A stretch of DNA of 64,000 bases, from contig CAWDYC010000003.1 of assembly GCA_963806535.1 (NCBI GenBank), positions 384,001-448,000 on the forward strand. Direction: 5' to 3'. This DNA comes from Candidatus Bathyarchaeota archaeon. GTDB taxonomy: Archaea > Thermoproteota > Bathyarchaeia > Bathyarchaeales > Bathycorpusculaceae. Each line of letters starts with the position of its first letter. The stretch's first letter is position 1. The position numbers were made by a program, and so were the translations under genes. Below, piece after piece: positions 57,394 through 64,000 of this stretch. The notes under the pieces were generated by a model. It saw nothing but the letters and a program-made list of their open reading frames with translations. It was not told the origin of the DNA and ran no database searches.

Positions 57394-58140
57394 TTAGAAT
57401 CTTGAAGGTGGTATGTCCCCTTTTAAAGGGGTTCCAGCGGTGCCTTCCATTATCAACTGGTACACTTTACCTTTGTATTCGTATTTTATAAACCAAATGG
57501 GGGCATGCAAATAGACTATTTGTTTGGATGTTACTTCGGTGCTTATCTCAACTATTTTATCTACATCCTGTTGAAGAAGGAAACGATGATGGTCCTCAAT
57601 TTGTTGCTTAGCTATTTCCAACGCGGCTTCGCGGTCTATTTCACTATTGAGGAGTTTGGCGAAACCTTCAATTTTGCGAAAGTCAAAGGGAATTTTGCCT
57701 TCTAGTGGAACTTCATATTCGTGTGTGGGAAATTCTGAAGCTTCACGCGCTAAAACCAGCCAGTCATATTCCTTGGAGATTGTGCCCTCTTTAACAATGG
57801 CTGGAGCTATCCTTTCGAATATTCCCTTGTAAGTGCTCTTAGCTTCAACTGAAACCAGCCAAAACGGCAAATACACTAATTCTTTTGAAGTAAGTTTTGA
57901 TTTCTTTGCAAGGTCGCCTGGTTTTAAGAAACCCCCGCTCATCCAAGCTTGAATCGGATCGTCAATACTTTTTGGGTCAAATCTGTTTAGAATAAGTGAG
58001 TGTTCAAAAGTGAAGGTTTGCCCAGTTTCAATAACTGTGGTAAATCCACAGTATTTGCAGGTTGCAATGATTTCGCCTGGTTTAAACTCAACTGGGGCAC
58101 CGCAGTGACTGCACTTGATTTCTTGGGCTACAGCATCCAT
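57394..58140 (-). CDS. Zn-ribbon protein (YdjG-like)
   Basis: CSHCGA...CKYCG, VYLPFW, HAPIW..YEYKGK.Y. Confidence 0.78.
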   Translation of the reverse strand: MDAVAQEIKCSHCGAPVEFKPGEIIATCKYCGFTTVIETGQTFTFEHSLILNRFDPKSIDDPIQAWMSGGFLKPGDLAKKSKLTSKELVYLPFWLVSVEAKSTYKGIFERIAPAIVKEGTISKEYDWLVLAREASEFPTHEYEVPLEGKIPFDFRKIEGFAKLLNSEIDREAALEIAKQQIEDHHRFLLQQDVDKIVEISTEVTSKQIVYLHAPIWFIKYEYKGKVYQLIMEGTAGTPLKGDIPPSRF

Positions 58141-58142
58141 TG

Positions 58143-59525
58143 TTACGCCTTCAGATGTTCACGTTTCAATATTTCTCTTGCAACTATTACGCCTGAAGCT
58201 GAAGCTTGAATTAAACCGCGTGTGACTCCTGCTCCGTCGCCTATAGTGAACATGTTTTGGATTTTGGTTTCAAGGGCATTATTTAGTTGCAGGTGTGAAG
58301 AGTAAAATTTGACTTCTATGCCGTAGAGTAATGTGTCTCTGGAGTGGATTCCTGGCGCTATCACATCTAAGGCTTGAAGCATCTCACGTATGTCTGATAA
58401 GTAACGGTATGGTAAAACGAAACTCAGATCTCCTGGAGTAGCATTCTTCAATGTTGGAACAACTACGCTTCTTGCTAAGCGTTCAGGTGTTGAGCGTCGC
58501 CCAGAAACCAAATCACCTAATCGCTGAACCATCACTCCTCCACTTAAGAGGTTTGAAAGCCTCGCAACATATTTGCCGTAGGCAATCGGCTCTTTGAAAG
58601 GTTCTGTAAAAGACGTGCTGACGAGAATTGCGAAGTTTGTGTTATCTGTTCTTGTTTCAGCGTGGCTTCCGCCGTTAACTGTTAAAACTCCGTCATATGA
58701 TTCTGTTGTTACTTCACCGTAAGGTGATACACAGAAAGTGCGAACCTGGTCATCAAAAAGACGCGAGAAATAAACCAGTTTTGGCTCGTAAAGCACTTTG
58801 GTGAGATTTTCCATCACTGACGCCAAAACTTCAACCCGCACGCCAATATCAACTGGGTTGTTTATGGTTTTTAATCCTCGAACTTGAGCTTCTGTTTGAA
58901 GCCATTCTGCTCCACTTCTACCAGGAGCAATTATAACGTATTTGCCAAGGAATTTTTCGCCATTAACGGTCTCAATGCCTTGAACTGTGTGGTTTTCAGT
59001 GATTAGCCCTTTTACGTCTGTTTTCGGCATAAAAGTGATTTTGCCGTTAAGTGCTTTGCGCATTCTTTGCAGAGTTTCCAGGCATTTGTCGGTGCCCATG
59101 TGGCGAACTTCTTGTTTGATTAGTTTTAATCCGGCAAGTGAAGCTTTGCGTTCAATTTCATCTACTTTTTCGTTGTCGCCGCCATAAACTGTTTCGCTGG
59201 CACCGAATTTTATGTAGATACTATCTACATATTTTACTAAATCTTGAAGTTCTTTGGTGGAGATATATTGGTTCAGCCAACCACCAACTTCGGTTGAAAG
59301 GGTAAGTTTTCCATCACTGTAAGCACCAGCTCCGCCCCAGCCTGAAAGAACTGAGCATGGTTCACAATGGACGCATTCGAACCCTCGGCTGGATGGACAC
59401 TTTCGCTTGTCAATGTCTAGTCCTCTGTCCACTATTAGGACATTGAGATTTGTTTTCTCAGTTAATTCTAGCGCTGAAAAGATGCCTGCTGGTCCTGCAC
59501 CCACGATTATTACATCATATTTCAT
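58143..59525 (-). CDS. FAD-dependent oxidoreductase
   Basis: VGAGPAG, GWGGAGAYSDGK, GDGAGVTRGL. Confidence 0.88.
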   Translation of the reverse strand: MKYDVIIVGAGPAGIFSALELTEKTNLNVLIVDRGLDIDKRKCPSSRGFECVHCEPCSVLSGWGGAGAYSDGKLTLSTEVGGWLNQYISTKELQDLVKYVDSIYIKFGASETVYGGDNEKVDEIERKASLAGLKLIKQEVRHMGTDKCLETLQRMRKALNGKITFMPKTDVKGLITENHTVQGIETVNGEKFLGKYVIIAPGRSGAEWLQTEAQVRGLKTINNPVDIGVRVEVLASVMENLTKVLYEPKLVYFSRLFDDQVRTFCVSPYGEVTTESYDGVLTVNGGSHAETRTDNTNFAILVSTSFTEPFKEPIAYGKYVARLSNLLSGGVMVQRLGDLVSGRRSTPERLARSVVVPTLKNATPGDLSFVLPYRYLSDIREMLQALDVIAPGIHSRDTLLYGIEVKFYSSHLQLNNALETKIQNMFTIGDGAGVTRGLIQASASGVIVAREILKREHLKA

Positions 59526-59692
59526 ATGTAGTGCCTTCTTTGGAGCCCAGAATTAGATGCAATAGGTAGGATATATTTGTTGGTGCAAAAAAATTTTTAA
59601 CAGTTTGGGCTTCTTGCATCGATATTTTCAAGATATATCTAAATAACATTTATAATCAATAAAACGGCAATTAAAATACGAAGAAAAACACC

Positions 59693-60178
59693 ATGCCAAA
59701 AGCAGAACCCGAGAATATCGATGAATTAATCTCTGACTTCTCACGCTTCTACATACTCACCATACTCTATGAAGGACCAGCATATGGTTACAGCATAATA
59801 AGCAGATTCAAAAAACGAGTAAAAAAAGAAGTAAGCCCAAGCCTAGTATATCCCTTCCTCCAACAACTAGAGCAAAAAGGATTAGTTACGCACACAATAA
59901 AACCTGTAGGTGAAAAAGAGAAAAAAGTTTTTGAACTGACAGAGCCAGGAAGAGAATTGTGCACTGAGCTGTTCAAACGCTTCGCTAAACTAGTATCAAT
60001 CGCTATTGAACCAAGCCTCTACATTTGCGCTCACTGCGGATGCAAAGTTTACGAAGGTGCCTACCGAGAAATTATTGATGGTAACGAAACAGCGTTTTGC
60101 TGCATACATTGCGCTCGCTCCTACAAGGAAACAAAAAAGTTGGCTAAACAAAATAGTAGCGTTAACAAACAAGCATAA
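59693..60178 (+). CDS. PadR family regulator with a C-terminal Cys-rich (TRASH-like) domain
   Basis: YGYSII, SLVYPFLQQLEQKGL, FELTEPG; CAHC...FCCIHC. Confidence 0.85.
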   Translation: MPKAEPENIDELISDFSRFYILTILYEGPAYGYSIISRFKKRVKKEVSPSLVYPFLQQLEQKGLVTHTIKPVGEKEKKVFELTEPGRELCTELFKRFAKLVSIAIEPSLYICAHCGCKVYEGAYREIIDGNETAFCCIHCARSYKETKKLAKQNSSVNKQA

Positions 60179-60234
60179 TATTATCTAAAACTTTTGAGTA
60201 GAAATTAGAAATAAAAAAAATCTGTTGAGTGTAA

Positions 60235-60513
60235 TCAGTCTTTAATAGCTTCAATAAAACTCATAACATTCCAAAGTTTTACCCGTGTGTAAGCAGGCAT
60301 ATTTGGGTCTTGAAGAATTTCATCTAGGAGCGAAACAGCGTTGGAAGCGCGCACAGCCACCGTAAATTCACCACTTTGGAGGGTATTCATAGCGTCTTTT
60401 GCTGAGCGCCTAATGTTTCTGGGTGTTGTGCTGTCCTCTGAAACCTCTGTGAGAACCGTTAACGCTTGCTGAATTTTTGCTTCGTATTCTTCAGCTTTTT
60501 TCTTTCGAACCAT
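60235..60513 (-). CDS. UPF0147 family protein
   Basis: DSTTPRNIRR, DPNMPAYTR. Confidence 0.9.
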   Translation of the reverse strand: MVRKKKAEEYEAKIQQALTVLTEVSEDSTTPRNIRRSAKDAMNTLQSGEFTVAVRASNAVSLLDEILQDPNMPAYTRVKLWNVMSFIEAIKD

Positions 60514-60578
60514 AAAGACACTACCTAACTTCCATTCACGCAGTAACCCAGTTATATAAGTATTGATACGTATTTACT

Positions 60579-60956
60579 TTGGGGTTCTGCATGGAAGAAA
60601 AAAAAGAAATCACACCTATCAAACGCATGGCTGATTTACTAATGAAAGGCGCCACTTTAACCGACTTATCGTGTCCAGTATGTGGTTCGCCGCTTTTCAG
60701 ATTACAAGATGGCACTTTGTGGTGTGAAAAAGATGAAAAGAAAGTGGTGGTAATTAAAGAAGGTGAAGAACCAGCTAAACCTTCCGGTTCTGGCTCGACA
60801 TATGATAAACTCGAAGCTTCATTGTTAAGCAAAATTCAGGAGTTACAAGGCAAAATCGAAAAAACAGAAGATATTGATGAACTCCAAAAACTTGCCAATG
60901 CATTATCAGAATTGCTGTCTAGCCTCGAGAAAGTTCAAAAAATGAAGAAAACTTGA
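60579..60956 (+). CDS. UPF0148 / SSSCA1-like Zn-finger protein
   Basis: MADLLMKGATL...CPVCGSPLF. Confidence 0.85.
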   Translation: MGFCMEEKKEITPIKRMADLLMKGATLTDLSCPVCGSPLFRLQDGTLWCEKDEKKVVVIKEGEEPAKPSGSGSTYDKLEASLLSKIQELQGKIEKTEDIDELQKLANALSELLSSLEKVQKMKKT

Positions 60957-61480
60957 GCAGAAACGATTTGACCTTTGGATTTTACAAAGATTTCCCATCG
61001 CAAATTCACTGGATTGAAAGTTTTTCCTCAAGTCTGCCCAGCAAACAACTTCAACAAAAATTAGTGCAAGCTTTTCGCGAAATAAATAAACAAGAATTAA
61101 GCTTTGAAGAAGTTACAAACCCAACAATTCCAGATTGCAGAGTAATTTTTGAGTTCGGTTTGGCTGATTCTGAAAGCTTTTATTACATTGACGATGAAGA
61201 AGAAAAAAAAGCAATTGATCTATTAGAAAAAGAGAATCTTCATACAATTGATTTCTTCTGTGGAATACGCTATTATAAGAGCAAAACAGAGAAAAAGGTG
61301 CCATTAAAGTTTGATTATTACCTTCTCCGCTCGATTTATTACAAAGGCATTGTTGAAATTCATGTTCATCACGATAAAGGTCCTAGATACATTTCTCCTC
61401 AAGATCTAACGCAATTAATTTTTAATAAAATAAATGATGACTCAAGGAAAAAACTTTTGAAAAAGCTAAAGACCGAATAA
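60953..61480 (+). CDS. Hypothetical protein
   Basis: 175-aa ORF coupled to the upstream gene. Confidence 0.7.
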   Translation: MSRNDLTFGFYKDFPSQIHWIESFSSSLPSKQLQQKLVQAFREINKQELSFEEVTNPTIPDCRVIFEFGLADSESFYYIDDEEEKKAIDLLEKENLHTIDFFCGIRYYKSKTEKKVPLKFDYYLLRSIYYKGIVEIHVHHDKGPRYISPQDLTQLIFNKINDDSRKKLLKKLKTE

Positions 61481-61622
61481 TTCAAAAAGGCAGTTTAGAA
61501 AATAAATATATGAGCATTGTTCTATAGCCGAAAGTTATATTTCTAACAATAGAGATAATGCGTAAAAGTGGAGATAATTTACGGCAGATTCCCAAAACAG
61601 GCAGAAATAGGAGCTAATATAA

Positions 61623-62579
61623 TTGATCCCGATTGAAGTTACGAACCTTAAAAAGTGCTATGGCAGCTTGAAAGCTGTAGATGGAACCTCATTCCAGGTT
61701 AACAACGGAGAAGTCTTTGGTCTTTTAGGTCCAAACGGCGCAGGCAAAACCACAACCATCGAAATTTTGGAAGGTTTGCGAGAAAGGGATGGAGGAGACG
61801 TTAAAGTTCTCGGTTTTGATCCTTGGAAAAACGGCTATGACCTTCACAAAAAAATCGGCGTAATCCCACAAGAATTTACTTTCTTTGAAAAAACAACCCC
61901 AAGAGAAGCCATTATCTATTATGCCGACCTTTTCAACATTAAAGTTAACCCTGATGAAATCTTAAAAGAAGTATTGCTTGAAGAATCTGCTAAAGTCAAT
62001 TTTGACAGTCTCTCTGGCGGACAGAAACAGAAAACTGGCCTTGCACTCTCACTTGTCAATTCGCCAGAACTTCTATTTCTTGACGAACCAACCACTGGAC
62101 TAGACCCCAACGCCCGAAGAGCAATCTGGGAAGTCATACGAGGATTAAAAGCCAAGGGCAAAACAATCATTTTAACCACTCATTACTTAGATGAAGCCCA
62201 ACAATTATGCGACAGAGTAGCCATTATGGACCATGGACACATTGTTGCTATGGGTACTTCTGAGGACATTATTAGAGAACACGGTTCAGGCGAAAGACTG
62301 GAAATTCATGGAAGCCAAAAGCTTGCTGACTACATTAAAGCAAATACCGATTTACAAGTTGATTACGATTCATCAAAAGGAGAAATTTTCATACCACTAA
62401 AAAAGAAAATCGATGCCTTAGCGGCTTTGGCGGCTGCTGAACAATCAGGAATGGATTGGGGAGAAATCCAAACACGACAAGACAGCTTAGACGACGTTTT
62501 TATCAAACTAGTTAATGAAACCGGAGAAATCGAATCACAAGAAGATATTAAACCGACGAAAAAGAAGCGGAGGGCTTAA
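61623..62579 (+). CDS. ABC-2 type exporter ATP-binding protein
   Basis: GPNGAGKT, LSGGQ, LFLDEP, TTH. Confidence 0.93.
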   Translation: MIPIEVTNLKKCYGSLKAVDGTSFQVNNGEVFGLLGPNGAGKTTTIEILEGLRERDGGDVKVLGFDPWKNGYDLHKKIGVIPQEFTFFEKTTPREAIIYYADLFNIKVNPDEILKEVLLEESAKVNFDSLSGGQKQKTGLALSLVNSPELLFLDEPTTGLDPNARRAIWEVIRGLKAKGKTIILTTHYLDEAQQLCDRVAIMDHGHIVAMGTSEDIIREHGSGERLEIHGSQKLADYIKANTDLQVDYDSSKGEIFIPLKKKIDALAALAAAEQSGMDWGEIQTRQDSLDDVFIKLVNETGEIESQEDIKPTKKKRRA

Positions 62580-62581
62580 AA

Positions 62582-63697
62582 ATGGTTAGTGGAAAAAGAA
62601 TCGCTTCAGACTTCAAAGTCTTCAGTCGAGGCTACTTAAGAAATAAGTTTGGATTATTCTTCGGGTTAATTTTCCCAGTTATTTTGATCTTGATTTTCGG
62701 CGCTATTTTTTCAGGAGGAAGCTCTGGAACAATCAATGTTTATGTGCAAAATCAAGATACTAGTGCTCCGCCTCAAGCAGATATTGCTTCACAATTTCTA
62801 ACAGCGCTCAACAGTTCGACCACAATAAGAGTGATAACAGTAAATGCCACTACTGACTTTTCAAAATATCTAGCCGATCACTCAGTGTCTGACGGCATCA
62901 TTATTCCAGAAAACTTTTCAGCCGATTATTTAGCAGGCCACCAAGTAAATGTAACAGTTTATGGTAATCCATCCTCAGCCTCAAGCGGCATCGTAAGTGG
63001 AACAGTAAATGGATATGCAAACTATTTTAATCTTAATTATTATAAACAAAACGCCACTCCCATTATAGGCATAAAATCAGCAACTGTAAATACCCAACAA
63101 ACTAAATACATTGACTTCTTAATTCCAGGCTTAATCGGTTTTTCAATACTTACCAGCCCAATGTTCTCATTAGTTAACATTTCTTCAGAATACAAAAAAA
63201 CAAAACTCTTCAAACAACTATCGCTTACACCGCTAACAAAGATGGAGTGGCTTACCTCTAAGGTGCTATGGTACATTGTTTTAACAATCGCTGGCTTCCT
63301 ACTAATGGTTGGAGTTGGAGTCTTCGCTTTCGGCGCACACGTTACATTAACAGTTGGGTTAATACCCTTCCTCGTATTGGGTCCAATGCTTTTCGCAGCG
63401 CTCGGTATGCTTGTTGGCACAGTAACAAAAAGCCCTGAAACAGCAGGCGTAATAGGCAACATCGTTACGTTCCCAATGATGTTCCTTTCAGGCACATTCT
63501 TCCCAATCAGCACCATGCCACAATATTTACAGACTACAGCTCACGTACTGCCACTGTTTTATGTGATTGAAGGCTTAAACAACGTCATGGTCTACGGAAA
63601 CATTACTGGAGCATTGATTGACTTTGCAGTCCTCGTTGTTATAACAGCTGTAATCTTTGGGTTGGCAGTTAAACTGTTCAAATGGAGAGAAGATTAA
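62582..63697 (+). CDS. ABC-2 type exporter permease
   Basis: YIDFLIPG, FLSGTFFP, six TM segments. Confidence 0.92.
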   Translation: MVSGKRIASDFKVFSRGYLRNKFGLFFGLIFPVILILIFGAIFSGGSSGTINVYVQNQDTSAPPQADIASQFLTALNSSTTIRVITVNATTDFSKYLADHSVSDGIIIPENFSADYLAGHQVNVTVYGNPSSASSGIVSGTVNGYANYFNLNYYKQNATPIIGIKSATVNTQQTKYIDFLIPGLIGFSILTSPMFSLVNISSEYKKTKLFKQLSLTPLTKMEWLTSKVLWYIVLTIAGFLLMVGVGVFAFGAHVTLTVGLIPFLVLGPMLFAALGMLVGTVTKSPETAGVIGNIVTFPMMFLSGTFFPISTMPQYLQTTAHVLPLFYVIEGLNNVMVYGNITGALIDFAVLVVITAVIFGLAVKLFKWRED

Positions 63698-63723
63698 GCC
63701 ACTCTCTCATTTCTCTTTCAATT

Positions 63724-64000
63724 TTACTTAACGATTTTGAGTAAACTCAAAACTTTCGAGTATAACTCATCAGCCACTATATCCTTTGGTTTATCTCCAT
63801 TGATCAAAATGAGCTCGCCCTTCTCAACAAACTTCATGTAGATTTCTCGCACTTTCTGCTGAGTTTCCAGTGTTTCCATAACAGACTTCTTTCTCTGCAA
63901 ACGTTCCAGCACCCGCTCTGCAGGAACATCGATAAAGATACTGAAGTCTGGCTCCAAAGCGCGAGCATTAATAGTTTTGATCCAATCCAAGCTTAGACCT
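63724..64000 (-). CDS. tmk: Thymidylate kinase, C-terminal part (5' end outside the window)
   Basis: LDWIKTIN..ALEPDFSIFIDVP, ETLETQQKVREIY. Confidence 0.75.
   Translation of the reverse strand, partial: GLSLDWIKTINARALEPDFSIFIDVPAERVLERLQRKKSVMETLETQQKVREIYMKFVEKGELILINGDKPKDIVADELYSKVLSLLKIVK

Overview
Archaeal chromosomal segment, most consistent with a TACK-lineage archaeon, probably Bathyarchaeia. Supporting genes: eS17/eS25/eS26/eS1, histone, Alba, thermosome, Hel308, Tes, CofD, class I LysRS, and a membrane-anchored PQQ-propeller surface protein. Most of the window is ordinary housekeeping DNA: purB, an Fe-S/cysteine desulfurase operon, a glycosylation cluster, translation, lipid and cofactor genes, and an ABC exporter. 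Two tRNA-Arg-associated accessory regions stand out. (1) At 1-6570, the end of a virus-like element (Mom-like GNAT, TerS-like, TerL) is followed by a tandem array of 4-5 same-orientation remnants of the 3' part of tRNA-Arg(CCT). These separate single-module cassettes (a nitroreductase and three different PIN toxin-antitoxin pairs), and one junction carries a diverged copy of the chromosomal flank. (2) At 48060-52370, a 4.1-kb islet sits at tRNA-Arg(GCG), bounded by an 18-bp att duplication and two inverted 32-bp palindromic sites, and carries a solute-binding protein/histidine kinase pair plus a decayed wHTH gene. Other points missed by the ORF track or worth a second look: rpoK with only an ACG start, two small ORFs, a trpB2/trpY module with TRP boxes, a divergent IscS, and a YdjG/YdjI-like SPFH operon. 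All family assignments come from motif recognition by eye; no searches were run.
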